This document shows positions 20,021-30,290 of a stretch of 64,000 bases of DNA, in pieces. This DNA comes from a virus. Its lineage: Duplodnaviria > Caudoviricetes. The stretch lies in the IMG/VR virus record IMGVR_UViG_3300028886_000042, one strand, 5' to 3'. Both the position numbers and the translations under genes were made by a program. Positions within the stretch are counted from its first letter, which is position 1; the number at the start of each line of letters is the position of its first letter. The notes beneath the pieces were generated by a model. That model was not told the DNA's origin and searched no databases. It saw only the letters and a list, made by a program, of their open reading frames with translations.

Positions 20021-21694
20021 ATGAGAAAAAAGGTAATTTTAGATGAAAGTACAATTTGTAGTGAATATTTGAATGAAAGGGTTGGTGTTGAGACGTTAGC
20101 CTTGAAATATCATACCGGTAAAAAAAAGATTAAGGAAATATTAGGTAAGAATGGAATAGGGATAAAGAAAAGGGGCAAACAGCCTCTTACGGGTAATTTT
20201 GTATTATCTGATTGGAAGATTGAGAAATATCCGAAAGTAGAAGGTAAGTTTTATGTTGCTGTTGATAGGAATGATGGTTTTACAACAACTGACTACAAGA
20301 ATAAGGCAGGTGTATTAACATCACATATTAAGGAGAAATATAGTATAGACATACCGACACTTTATGACAGACGTGTGTATTACATGAGAACCGGAAACTA
20401 TTGGTGGGAACAGTGGTTTGACATAATTCTAAAAGATAAAGTACAAACAAAAAAATGTCCTTATTGTAATTGGGAAACAAAGGATATTAATAATCTAAGT
20501 GGGGTATTTGAGGTACATCTTAACAAAAAGCACTGTATGACAAAGTTTGAATACCTTGAAGAACATCCTGAAGACAGGGATTATTTTGCATTGGTTTCCC
20601 CTATTTTAAACAGACAGATGGAAACAAACCCTGATAATTATGTTATTTGTAAAATTTGTGGTAAGAAAGTCAGTCATATAGGTGGAAATCATATAAAATC
20701 ACATAATATGACATTAGAAAACTATGTAAGTATTTATGGTGATAAGGATATTGTTTGTAAGAATTTCCACGATAGCATGTCTAAATTTGCAATTAAAGCA
20801 AATACTGAAATGACACCTGTTAAGAGTTCAAAAGATGAATTGGAAATAAAGAGATTTATAGAAAAACATGGTGTATTATGTAAGCCTGACAGGTCTATTT
20901 TAAATGGTAGGGAAATTGATATATTCATACCATCCATGAATATTGGTATTGAATATAACGGTAATAAGTGGCACACAGAATTTTTCGGTAAGAAAAACAG
21001 GTATTACCACATATCAAAAAAGAATGACTGCTTAAAGAAGGGTGTGAGGTTAATTCAGATATTTGAAGATGAGTATACTTTACATAAGGATATTGTTATG
21101 AGTAAGCTTTCGCATATTCTTGGGTTTGATGGTAATAAGCCTAAAATATATGGCCGTAAATGTGAAATTAGGACTGTGTTAAAAAGTGAGGCTGATATAT
21201 TCTTAGAGAAATATCATATACAAGGTACTACACATTTTACTGTATCATTGGGGGCTTATTATAATGCCATGCTAATTGGTGTGATGTGTTTTTGTGTATT
21301 ACCTGATAATAATTGGGAGCTTGTAAGGTTTGCCTCGGATTATCATTTCAGGTGTAGTGGAGTTGGCGGTAAGCTCTTTAAGTATTTTGTAAGCAATTAT
21401 GAATTTAATGAAATAAAGTCATTTGCTGACAGAAGGTGGACAATTAATGAAGAGGATAATTTATACACTAAACTTGGGTTTATAAATGATGGTGTAACCA
21501 AACCATCCTTTACCTATTATTTTCCTAAATTATATGGCTGTGAGAGAAAACACAAATTAACGTTAAAGAAGACAAAAATGCTTAAGGAGCATCCTGAGTT
21601 TGAAGGTATGACAGAAAAGGAAATGACTCAAGAATTAGGTTATGACCGTATTTGGGATTGTGGGTTAATCAGATATATTTATAGGAATTCATGA
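20021..21694 (+). CDS. Hef-like endonuclease (Zn fingers, Vsr-like nuclease, GNAT-like C-domain)
   Basis: EIDIFIPSMNIGIEYNGNKWH, IFEDE, ELVRFAS, SFADRRW, IWDCG. Confidence 0.7.
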   Translation: MRKKVILDESTICSEYLNERVGVETLALKYHTGKKKIKEILGKNGIGIKKRGKQPLTGNFVLSDWKIEKYPKVEGKFYVAVDRNDGFTTTDYKNKAGVLTSHIKEKYSIDIPTLYDRRVYYMRTGNYWWEQWFDIILKDKVQTKKCPYCNWETKDINNLSGVFEVHLNKKHCMTKFEYLEEHPEDRDYFALVSPILNRQMETNPDNYVICKICGKKVSHIGGNHIKSHNMTLENYVSIYGDKDIVCKNFHDSMSKFAIKANTEMTPVKSSKDELEIKRFIEKHGVLCKPDRSILNGREIDIFIPSMNIGIEYNGNKWHTEFFGKKNRYYHISKKNDCLKKGVRLIQIFEDEYTLHKDIVMSKLSHILGFDGNKPKIYGRKCEIRTVLKSEADIFLEKYHIQGTTHFTVSLGAYYNAMLIGVMCFCVLPDNNWELVRFASDYHFRCSGVGGKLFKYFVSNYEFNEIKSFADRRWTINEEDNLYTKLGFINDGVTKPSFTYYFPKLYGCERKHKLTLKKTKMLKEHPEFEGMTEKEMTQELGYDRIWDCGLIRYIYRNS

Positions 21695-23211
21695 AAACTG
21701 TTGAAGAGAGGAAGGATGATTTTATAAGGAGGGCAAAGGAAGTCCATAAGGGTGAAAACCTTGACTATTCGCAGGTTTTTTATGTCGATAACAGAACACC
21801 GGTAAAAATTATAGACAAAACTTTAGGCGAGTTTTGGCAGACTCCTTCTAATCATTTAAGGGGCAGCTCTCATCCTGACAGACGCGGAAGTAAGATATCA
21901 GAGTCAAAGAAGATGTCACAGGAGGAAGTGATTAGTAGGTTTATGGAGGTACATGCAGGTGAAAATCTTGACTATTCGCAGGTTGAGTATAATGGAATGC
22001 ATGTAAAGGTTAAGATAATATCCCACGAACTTCGTCCTGACGGTACTGAATACGGTGAATTCTGGCAGGAACCTGCCGTACACTTAAAAGGCTGTACGCA
22101 TCCTGATATATCAAGGGACAGACAGATTGAGAGACAGACTTCTAATACTGAGGAATTTATAAGAAAGGCGAAGTATATACATTCGACAAAAAACTATGAT
22201 TATTGCCGCGTTAATTATGTCAATAATAGGACTAAGGTTGAAATTATCTGTAATAAAATCGGTTCAAACGGTAAGCCTCACGGTATTTTCAGCATATCGC
22301 CTGATAATTTTCTAAGGGGTGAAGGCTGTCCTAAATGTGGAAATCATATATCAACAGGTGAGGATTATATTTATAATGAATTGTGTTCTTATTTTAATAA
22401 GGGTGAAATAATCAGGAATGACAGAAGTCTGTTAGACGGTTCAGAGTTGGATTTATACATACCGTCAAAGGGTGTTGCTATTGAGTTCAACGGATTACGC
22501 TGGCATTCGGAGAAATTCGGCAAGGATAAGTACTATCATTTGAAAAAGACACTGTTATGTAAGGAAAAAGGTATTACTTTGCTGCATATATTCGAGGATG
22601 AGTATATTTCAAGGAAGGAGATTGTACTGTCAAAGATTAGAAACATATTAGGATTAAACACAGGTTTGGAAAGGATAGGTGCGAGAAAATGTACCATAAA
22701 GGAAATTGACTATAAGAGTGCTTCTGTTTTTCTTGAAAATAACCATATTCAGGGAAAATGCAAAGCAAGTGTATATTTAGGCTTGTATCGTAATGAGAAA
22801 TTAGTAAGTGTAATGCTGTTTACCCATGAAAAGGGTGGTAAATGGATTTTGGTGCGTTTTGCTTCTGATATACATTATATAGTACAGGGTGCAGCTTCTA
22901 AGTTGTTTTCCTATTTCATAAGTAAGTATGAATTTACTGAAATAAGGACTTTTCTTGACAGACGGTTTGAGAATAACGCAGAGGATAATGTATATATAAA
23001 GTTAGGATTTGGGATTGACTCGTATTTGAAGCCTGATTATTATTACACAAACGGTCATGGTATAAGGAGGCACAAGTTCGGATTCAGGAAGAAGATATTA
23101 AGCAGAAAGTACGGTTTTCCGTTAACCATGACTGAATCTGAGATGGTAAGTCAGTTAGGATATTATAAAATATGGAATTGCGGTCTTATAGCCTACGTTT
23201 TTAACTGTTGA
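21691..23211 (+). CDS. Hef-like endonuclease paralog
   Basis: N-terminal H.GENLDYS repeats; ELDLYIPSKGVAIEFNGLRWH; IWNCG. Confidence 0.7.
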   Translation: MKTVEERKDDFIRRAKEVHKGENLDYSQVFYVDNRTPVKIIDKTLGEFWQTPSNHLRGSSHPDRRGSKISESKKMSQEEVISRFMEVHAGENLDYSQVEYNGMHVKVKIISHELRPDGTEYGEFWQEPAVHLKGCTHPDISRDRQIERQTSNTEEFIRKAKYIHSTKNYDYCRVNYVNNRTKVEIICNKIGSNGKPHGIFSISPDNFLRGEGCPKCGNHISTGEDYIYNELCSYFNKGEIIRNDRSLLDGSELDLYIPSKGVAIEFNGLRWHSEKFGKDKYYHLKKTLLCKEKGITLLHIFEDEYISRKEIVLSKIRNILGLNTGLERIGARKCTIKEIDYKSASVFLENNHIQGKCKASVYLGLYRNEKLVSVMLFTHEKGGKWILVRFASDIHYIVQGAASKLFSYFISKYEFTEIRTFLDRRFENNAEDNVYIKLGFGIDSYLKPDYYYTNGHGIRRHKFGFRKKILSRKYGFPLTMTESEMVSQLGYYKIWNCGLIAYVFNC

Positions 23212-23249
23212 GACATATTTATAATATATAGGTTTTTTTAGGAAAGAAG

Positions 23250-23927
23250 ATGTTCGGATTAGATAAAAACGAAGGGATAAATATTGTTGAAAACGTAATT
23301 GAACGCCTTGTAAAAGAGGGTATTATGGATATTGAAGATACTGATGATAATCATTTCATTAACGACAATAACAGTATAATACTGAGGCTTATTGATGATA
23401 TGTGTGAAGGCTTAGGTCAATATACCGGATGTGATATGGATGACTATGAGGCATTTGCTGAGTTCGGTGACCTGATTGTTGTTGTAAGTGTTGATGATGA
23501 CGGTTATATCTATGTAAGCCGTATAGACGGAAGTGTTACCGGTGGTAAGAATGCTTCTGCTGAAGTATGGAATGACGTATGTTCGTTTATAGGTAAGATT
23601 AACAGTTTTGGCAAGAAGTTGGATGAACTTCAGATTTCAGGCAGTAATCCTACTGTTGAGAGCGTTGTCAGGGAAAGTGAGGAAGAATTCAAGAATAATC
23701 AGAATTATACTCATTTTGCAGTCAATAAAGATACCGGTAAGATTGTTAACGGTTGGGATTATTCTGATTATGATTCGGATGAATTAAAGGCATTTAAGAA
23801 GGATTATTTCTTTGCCGACTTGATTGACTATGACTTAGACCCGAAACAGTATAAGATACTGTCTGATGCGACTTTAAGGAAACGTGGAATAGACCCAGAT
23901 GATAATTCAAACTGGGCACAGAACTGA
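23250..23927 (+). CDS. Hypothetical acidic protein
   Basis: TATTTAT upstream; internal VRES site. Confidence 0.6.
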   Translation: MFGLDKNEGINIVENVIERLVKEGIMDIEDTDDNHFINDNNSIILRLIDDMCEGLGQYTGCDMDDYEAFAEFGDLIVVVSVDDDGYIYVSRIDGSVTGGKNASAEVWNDVCSFIGKINSFGKKLDELQISGSNPTVESVVRESEEEFKNNQNYTHFAVNKDTGKIVNGWDYSDYDSDELKAFKKDYFFADLIDYDLDPKQYKILSDATLRKRGIDPDDNSNWAQN

Positions 23928-23935
23928 TAATACAT

Positions 23936-23967
23936 AAAATGCAGCCATTTCGGACTGCATTTTTTTT
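23936..23967. terminator. Bidirectional terminator
   Basis: AAAATGCAG...CTGCATTTT between convergent genes. Confidence 0.75.
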
Positions 23968-23968
23968 G

Positions 23969-25405
23969 CTACATAAAGTGTTCCTTTGCCTCGTTTATGA
24001 TGTCGAATTCGAGTATACCCCTATGGTATATTTCCTCCATATCATACTTTGCCTTTATGTCGATATAGTATCTTGAAGGTATCAGTTCGTTTGTATTTAT
24101 ATAGAAATAGTTTGAGTTGTACCCTCTTTCGACTTTTGAGTATCTGATTACCTCCACTTCATTTTCGCCCTGTTTTGTGTATAATCTGTATTCAAGGTTA
24201 TCCACTGCATACAGTTGGTCTGTAGTATAGGGTATTTTACAGTCAATTGACACTTTTCTTATATCACCTCTTTTGATACGTTCGAGATTATTGATACCAT
24301 ACAGGAACGGTTTGAACTTTTCAGTACCCTTTGTTTCAGAAGGTAAACCGAATGAATAATAACCGTCCGATGACTTTGTTACAAAATAAAGTTCCACATC
24401 TTTAATATGCTGTCCCTTGTACTTTATGTTGCTCCATGTGTCATAGTACATGGTATCAGTTTCATATTCCGATGAATTCATTCTGATATTCACGTAGTAA
24501 ACACCCTTTGTTGCTTGTTTTACGGCCATTTCAGAGCCGTTTATCTCACAGGTGGGCAGTTCATCCAAGTTAACGTTTTCGCCGCCTACTGAGGCGTAGA
24601 AATAGAGTTTATTATCCTTATCAAGGAAGAAGTCACCTCTGTCATCATCAATTGTTTCATTATAAGTTGTTTCTATATAGGGTTCGTAGAATGAATTTGT
24701 ATGCTGTGTAAAGAATCCTACATACTGTGTCATAAGAGTGTGCGTAAGTTCATACTGAGGTGAGTATGCTATTCCTATTCCGTAATTGCATAATTCGCCG
24801 GCGATGAATTTGTTGAAAATTTCGGTAATGTCAAGTTCTATAGGTTCGTTTCCGTAGTCGAAATGCTGATACCCTATTATGACTTTTGACAGGTTACCTT
24901 CCTTTGATGTGAACAAGTCCAGTTCCTTTGAGAGTCTGTCTGTTGAGTATATACCATCCTCATCCCATTTGCAGTAGTTTTTAAACTGATACCAGCTGCT
25001 TCCGTCGGTTGACACTGAACGGTGGTCTCTGTCATATAGGTCTAAAACGAAATCAAATCCTCTTCCGTTATCCCAGTCGTTCGGTATGAGGAAGAATATA
25101 AGGTCGAATGACATGGCGCGTTTCTTATGCTCATGATATTCACTGTCAAGCATCGGACAGTTTATGTTCCTGTCGTTCACGGATGCCGCGTTTGTCATGT
25201 GCAGCACATGTTTGAGTTTCGTTATGTCGGGATATACCTTATCCTCAACCATTTTCCTTACCTTATTATGGTCAAAGTATATCATACCCCTCGTAAGAGC
25301 CTTGCCATAGTCAAGTTCAAGTATAGGGTTAAGGCTTGTGTTGGCATAGTTATCCTTTATTATAGTATTGCATTTTGAAAGAAATGTCTTAGTATTAATA
25401 GCCAT
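23969..25405 (-). CDS. Putative virion structural protein
   Basis: Aromatic, beta-rich 478 aa; TATTTAT upstream; adjacent to a baseplate-like gene. Confidence 0.5.
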   Translation of the reverse strand: MAINTKTFLSKCNTIIKDNYANTSLNPILELDYGKALTRGMIYFDHNKVRKMVEDKVYPDITKLKHVLHMTNAASVNDRNINCPMLDSEYHEHKKRAMSFDLIFFLIPNDWDNGRGFDFVLDLYDRDHRSVSTDGSSWYQFKNYCKWDEDGIYSTDRLSKELDLFTSKEGNLSKVIIGYQHFDYGNEPIELDITEIFNKFIAGELCNYGIGIAYSPQYELTHTLMTQYVGFFTQHTNSFYEPYIETTYNETIDDDRGDFFLDKDNKLYFYASVGGENVNLDELPTCEINGSEMAVKQATKGVYYVNIRMNSSEYETDTMYYDTWSNIKYKGQHIKDVELYFVTKSSDGYYSFGLPSETKGTEKFKPFLYGINNLERIKRGDIRKVSIDCKIPYTTDQLYAVDNLEYRLYTKQGENEVEVIRYSKVERGYNSNYFYINTNELIPSRYYIDIKAKYDMEEIYHRGILEFDIINEAKEHFM

Positions 25406-25435
25406 TGTTAAAAAACGTTATGTTAATAAATATTA

Positions 25436-26317
25436 TCAGTTAATCCTAATTGAGTCGGACAGCATTTCATCCAGATGTGATTTTGTCGTAAGTCTCTCCA
25501 AGTCAGGTTGTTTAAGTTTGGGTTTATCCATTGCAAACGGATGTGTATGGTTCAGGAAAATCCTGATGAAATCCTTTAGGAATGCTATGAGTTCGTCACC
25601 GTAAGGCAGCTGATGCGCTTTTTGGAAAATGTTTGCCATTTCCTCGTCGGTAATCAGTTTTTCAGGGTCTGAAAGTTCAAAATGTGTCTTTGAGTCATGT
25701 GAAAGGAGGTTTATTCTGTCACCTACAACATTTACGACACTTGAGAAGTCATTGTTTTTAGCGTCCTTCATTTTACCGTATTTCATCTGTACGTATGAAG
25801 GGTCTTCCTTGTTGAACTTGAGGCAGTTGTCAGTAAAGGCATATGAATTTACCTTATGTCCGCATCTTATCCTTAGTTCTGAATCTTTTAGTATTATGTC
25901 CGAGTTTCCACGTCCTTCAATTGCGATATCTTCCCTGTCAGGAAGTGTACCTCTGTTGTCAGGGTCTAAACTTGGTGCAGTCAGCGGTGCGGATATTATA
26001 TTTCCGTTCAAAAGACTTTGTGCCGAGTAGTCATATGCATCAAAGTTCATTTTCTGTGGTTGTGAAATAACAGGGCCTATGAAAAATCTGTTGCCGTTTG
26101 TAGCACCGGTATTCTGAAGTATTATAAGTACCATTTCACCCACTTTCGGGTTTACGTGCATGAATTTCGGCAGCAGCGGAAAAGCGTATGGCAAATCGTT
26201 TATACTTACAGTGTTATCATCATAGTAAGGGATTCTTACCTTTATTCTCAATCCGTCGCTATTATCGGTAACATATAGTACCGGGCACATATATATCAGA
26301 GTTTTTTCCTGTTCCAT
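25436..26317 (-). CDS. Baseplate hub/spike-like protein (gp5/Vgr OB-fold)
   Basis: RIKVRIP...PLLP....PKVGEMVLI N-terminus; HTHP near the C-terminus; ATG at 26317. Confidence 0.65.
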   Translation of the reverse strand: MEQEKTLIYMCPVLYVTDNSDGLRIKVRIPYYDDNTVSINDLPYAFPLLPKFMHVNPKVGEMVLIILQNTGATNGNRFFIGPVISQPQKMNFDAYDYSAQSLLNGNIISAPLTAPSLDPDNRGTLPDREDIAIEGRGNSDIILKDSELRIRCGHKVNSYAFTDNCLKFNKEDPSYVQMKYGKMKDAKNNDFSSVVNVVGDRINLLSHDSKTHFELSDPEKLITDEEMANIFQKAHQLPYGDELIAFLKDFIRIFLNHTHPFAMDKPKLKQPDLERLTTKSHLDEMLSDSIRIN

Positions 26318-26493
26318 CAAATTTCAAAACCACGTTTGTTCATTATTTCAGTTACCTTTGCATAAGTATCCTGTGCCGACAGCATTATCTGGTAGGCATT
26401 TGAGATAATCTGCTTCTGTTTTTCAAACTCAATTTCAAGTTCCGTCTTAACGGTCTTGAGTTCTTCATTTGTCATAAGTTCTATGTTTTCCAT
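26317..26493 (-). CDS. 58-aa coiled-coil protein absent from the ORF track
   Basis: MENIELMTNEELKTVKTELE...KRGFEI*; its TGA overlaps the next ATG (TGATG). Confidence 0.7.
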   Translation of the reverse strand: MENIELMTNEELKTVKTELEIEFEKQKQIISNAYQIMLSAQDTYAKVTEIMNKRGFEI

Positions 26494-26514
26494 AATCAGT
26501 TCTTTGTATATATG

Positions 26515-26910
26515 TTAATGAAGTATTCCTAAAACTTTGGAGAAACTTGTGTTTATCGAGTGTACGACAACGGGGCCCGCTGCATTTGAGCCTGTACCTA
26601 CCGACATAACATTACCGGGTTCTAATGCACATGAAACCCTTGCATTGTTTTTCAGTTCGTTAACCATTTCCTCGCATATTATTCTTACGAAACCGTTTAT
26701 CTTGTTAGGTGAACCGTCTGGATTTACACCGGTTTCTATTCCTGCTTCGGGAAGCCTTCTTATGATTGCACTTGTCAGTGCCATTGCAGACAAACCGGGT
26801 CTTCGGTAGAGTTCACATATAAGCAGTAATGGCGGTATTACCGGAAATGGAGGTCTGATTTTATCGAAGGCTTTTTCTATCTGCTGTGATATTATACTAA
26901 TCCAACTCAT
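26515..26910 (-). CDS. Hypothetical protein
   Basis: 131 aa in the minus-strand operon. Confidence 0.6.
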   Translation of the reverse strand: MSWISIISQQIEKAFDKIRPPFPVIPPLLLICELYRRPGLSAMALTSAIIRRLPEAGIETGVNPDGSPNKINGFVRIICEEMVNELKNNARVSCALEPGNVMSVGTGSNAAGPVVVHSINTSFSKVLGILH

Positions 26911-26953
26911 TTTCTTTTTGAAATTAATTAATTAATATAGATTAATTTTTTTG

Positions 26954-29023
26954 TCAGCATTCCTCTTGCGGTGCTGATTCTTCGTCATATATGTCTGCAT
27001 AGTCAACATTATCGACATTGAAATCAAGGTCATTGTCATTTCCTCCGAATGTTATACATGAATACAGTCTCCTTATGAGGTCTGCATAGTATATTGCCTG
27101 TTCTGCCGTAAGTTTTATGGCAACCCTTGAAGAGAGGTCTGCAAGTATTTTCGTAAGTTCGTTTAAAAGGTATTCTATAATCTTGTCCCTGATAAGCCTT
27201 ATGATACCTACGAGCATTTCCTTCTGTTTTTCTATGAGTTCGTCAAGTGTTGCAGTACTTTCACGTCCTAATATCTTGAGGTTAATGGCAAAAAGCAGAT
27301 AGACCTTCGGTGATAGTATTGACATTGTTATCACATATGCCAGATTGTTAATGATGTTTTCTATGAAATTTATCTGTGCACCGAAATTCCAACCGCTGTT
27401 GTCAGTATAGTTAACGTCTGATATCTGTTTGCTAAGTTCAATCAGGCTACCCTCGATTACGGACTGTATATTTTCCTTTGATGCAGCATCATTTATGCTG
27501 TTGAGCGTTTCAAGTACCGATTCTTTGTCTATGGTAACACCGGTTGGGTTGTTTACATTCATAGCATACAGTTTTTCCCTTGTGAGTTCTGACTTTTTCA
27601 GCATATCGTCATAGTCCTCATTAGAGAAGGTGAAGAAACAGTCGTTTATTACAACATCATCATTCTCGATTACACCCTTTACCATTTTCTGTGTCTCATA
27701 CTTTACTATGAGTTGTTCATACGAGAGATTGAGGTCAATTGAGATGAATCCTGTAAGTGCATCAAGCAGTTGTGTTGTAACGGTTTTCGAGTCAAACAGT
27801 TTCAATGACATTACATAGTCGGTATTGAATTCTATCAGTGTATGGTTATAGTAATAGTTCTGATAGTATTTCCGGTAATTGTCAGGTGAGTCAAGGTTCT
27901 TTAGTTCTTTGTTAAGTTCGTTTGCCTTTGTTTTCTTTTCACGTTCTTTTTCGGCTATCTTACCGTTAATACCCTTATTCTCTTCTGTTCCGTCACCGTT
28001 AAGACGTTTGTTTAAACCCTCGATTTCGCTGCTTATTCTGTCATATTCATCATGATAATAGTCTTCGTCAATCTTTTGTACTGAGAATTCATTATTAAGT
28101 GTTTCAATATCGTAATAGTCGGCGAAAATTTCATCCTTTACGGATTCTTTTTCTTCATTCAGTGTCTTGAGGTCTACATCTATTCTGTCAATTTCATTTT
28201 CAAGCCGGTCTATTTTAGTGTCATTGTCCTGTGTATTCCCCAAGAATACCTGAAGACAGTTATGATGCGGTATTTGGAGCATTGAATAATGTGTTACTAT
28301 TCCCTGTTCCGTGCTGTCATAGGATAATCCGTTACCTTCACAGTTTCTTAGTCCGTTAGGCCTTTCGCTATAGCTTAATGTTATTATACCGGCTTTTTTA
28401 GTACATTTCTCATCTTCCTGTGTCGGAACAGGTCCCGGTTCTTTTTGAAGAAGGATGTAGTCGTTTTCATCCTTTTCAAATGCAGAGTCGGAAAAAGTGT
28501 TCTTGAAATTGACTCCGTACCATACTCTTCTTCTTGCGGATTTGTTTTTGACATACCATAGGAATGCATTGAAATCAGCAGCCTGAACAAGTTGGTTAAT
28601 CTGTTTCATTCCACGGCAACCGAAATACATATACCCACCTTCATCCGACAACGGACAGTAGCTTAGGAGCGACATTACATCAACAGTACGCAAATCAAAC
28701 ACAACACCGTTCATTAGCAGTTCTTTACTGATGAACGGATTAAGTGAGCATGTAAGGAGGTTTTTGATATTTGTAAGGAGTTGTGCCTTGATTGCGAGTT
28801 CAAGAGGTGGCAACCCTAAAGCAATGAATCTTGAAATAATCCTAATTAGTATATCATAGCCTACGGTGGATTTGAACAAATCCATAAGGAACGGGAACGG
28901 ATTTGCTGAAATACCGGCTGACAGGTTTGTATTCGTGTCATCCAACTCAGGGAAATTATTCAGAGTTGTAAGTGCGCCGTTTATTATTGCAAGTGATTCC
29001 TTTTTAGTTTTTTCGAAATTCAT
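26954..29023 (-). CDS. Hypothetical protein with central coiled coil
   Basis: 689-aa ORF. Confidence 0.6.
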   Translation of the reverse strand: MNFEKTKKESLAIINGALTTLNNFPELDDTNTNLSAGISANPFPFLMDLFKSTVGYDILIRIISRFIALGLPPLELAIKAQLLTNIKNLLTCSLNPFISKELLMNGVVFDLRTVDVMSLLSYCPLSDEGGYMYFGCRGMKQINQLVQAADFNAFLWYVKNKSARRRVWYGVNFKNTFSDSAFEKDENDYILLQKEPGPVPTQEDEKCTKKAGIITLSYSERPNGLRNCEGNGLSYDSTEQGIVTHYSMLQIPHHNCLQVFLGNTQDNDTKIDRLENEIDRIDVDLKTLNEEKESVKDEIFADYYDIETLNNEFSVQKIDEDYYHDEYDRISSEIEGLNKRLNGDGTEENKGINGKIAEKEREKKTKANELNKELKNLDSPDNYRKYYQNYYYNHTLIEFNTDYVMSLKLFDSKTVTTQLLDALTGFISIDLNLSYEQLIVKYETQKMVKGVIENDDVVINDCFFTFSNEDYDDMLKKSELTREKLYAMNVNNPTGVTIDKESVLETLNSINDAASKENIQSVIEGSLIELSKQISDVNYTDNSGWNFGAQINFIENIINNLAYVITMSILSPKVYLLFAINLKILGRESTATLDELIEKQKEMLVGIIRLIRDKIIEYLLNELTKILADLSSRVAIKLTAEQAIYYADLIRRLYSCITFGGNDNDLDFNVDNVDYADIYDEESAPQEEC

Positions 29024-29039
29024 GCCTTTTTAGTTGAAA

Positions 29040-29450
29040 TCAGTTAAGTTTGTATTCTATTTTTTCCTCCTGTACAGGTTGTTCTTCTACCGTATTATTG
29101 TTAATTACGTCAATCAGTTTGCTCCAGTCACCGACAGCGTCGCTTTCCTCGAATGTCTTCTTGATATTTCCGTTGAACTTAAGTACTTCAGTCATAAGCT
29201 TTGCGATTTCAAGTTTTCTTCCAATAGCCTTGTCCTTGTTGGTAATGAAATCATTCATAGCCTTTGCGTACTTTGTTTTTGCGTCCACGATTTCTTCATT
29301 CAGATTAATTGAATTAGACAGTTTATTCATTTCATTCTGAATTGTTTCAACATTCCGGCATGACTCGTTATAGAGTTCCTGTAACAGTTCCTCTATTTTT
29401 TCAGCTGAATTCAGTTTCAGTTTGTATTTCTTCAAGGGTTTTATTACCAT
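29040..29450 (-). CDS. Hypothetical helical protein
   Basis: 136-aa ORF in operon. Confidence 0.6.
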   Translation of the reverse strand: MVIKPLKKYKLKLNSAEKIEELLQELYNESCRNVETIQNEMNKLSNSINLNEEIVDAKTKYAKAMNDFITNKDKAIGRKLEIAKLMTEVLKFNGNIKKTFEESDAVGDWSKLIDVINNNTVEEQPVQEEKIEYKLN

Positions 29451-29482
29451 TTGTATTGCAGTATAATATGTTATTATTATAA

Positions 29483-30265
29483 TTATTCGTCAATGAGGTT
29501 TTGCTTTTCCTCAAAGTACATACCTTTGTATTTTTTCATGGCTTCCCTTACTTCCTTAGTACTGAGATTCGTATATTCCTTTACGAAGTATATAAATGCG
29601 GTTTTGTTGAATTTACGGTCATTTGACAGATTCGAGAAAATAAGTTCCCAGTTCATCAGAATCTCCAACAGTGCATAACCGACCTTTTTTTCCTTTTCGG
29701 TAAGTTTCTCATTGCTTTCAGGACTTAGCATATTCTGTATTTTCTCTATATTCCTGTTAATGAGTTCGTTGTTGAATGAAATCGTGGCTTTTTCATTGTC
29801 ATAGTCACTTCTGTCATTCTTGTTTCCGTCGAACATCGTTTCATAGGACAGTACGGTATCACGTTTTTTCATATCCGTTGACCTCTTCAGCAGCAGATAT
29901 CTCTTGCATACGGTTCCACAGTATGAATATGCCTTATACCCCTTACTGAAGTCAAATTTATCGACCTTTGTTATCAGGTAGGACATGGTATCGTTGAATG
30001 TATCTGAAAAATCCTCAGAAGGCGTGAACAGTCCGTATCTTCTCATAATCGACTCAATCATCTTAGTGAAGGCCGGATATAGTATTTTACTGAATATCCG
30101 GTCTTTGTATAGTTGGTCGTTACTTTCTATGTATTCCCTGAATGCCTTTTCCTCGTTTTCATAGAAATATCCTGTTCTTTTTTCCGGATTAGGCTTTCTC
30201 CCTCTTTTCTTCGGTTTCTTTTCTTCCTCTACATTATTTGTTTCGTTTTTGACAACATCGCACAT
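29483..30265 (-). CDS. Phage sigma factor (gp55-like, region 2)
   Basis: DTMSYLITKVDKFDFSKGYKAYSYCGTVCKRYLL resembles sigma region 2.2-2.4 (FDP.K...F.Y). Confidence 0.7.
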   Translation of the reverse strand: MCDVVKNETNNVEEEKKPKKRGRKPNPEKRTGYFYENEEKAFREYIESNDQLYKDRIFSKILYPAFTKMIESIMRRYGLFTPSEDFSDTFNDTMSYLITKVDKFDFSKGYKAYSYCGTVCKRYLLLKRSTDMKKRDTVLSYETMFDGNKNDRSDYDNEKATISFNNELINRNIEKIQNMLSPESNEKLTEKEKKVGYALLEILMNWELIFSNLSNDRKFNKTAFIYFVKEYTNLSTKEVREAMKKYKGMYFEEKQNLIDE

Positions 30266-30290
30266 TAGTCTAACAAAGAACGCAAAAAAA

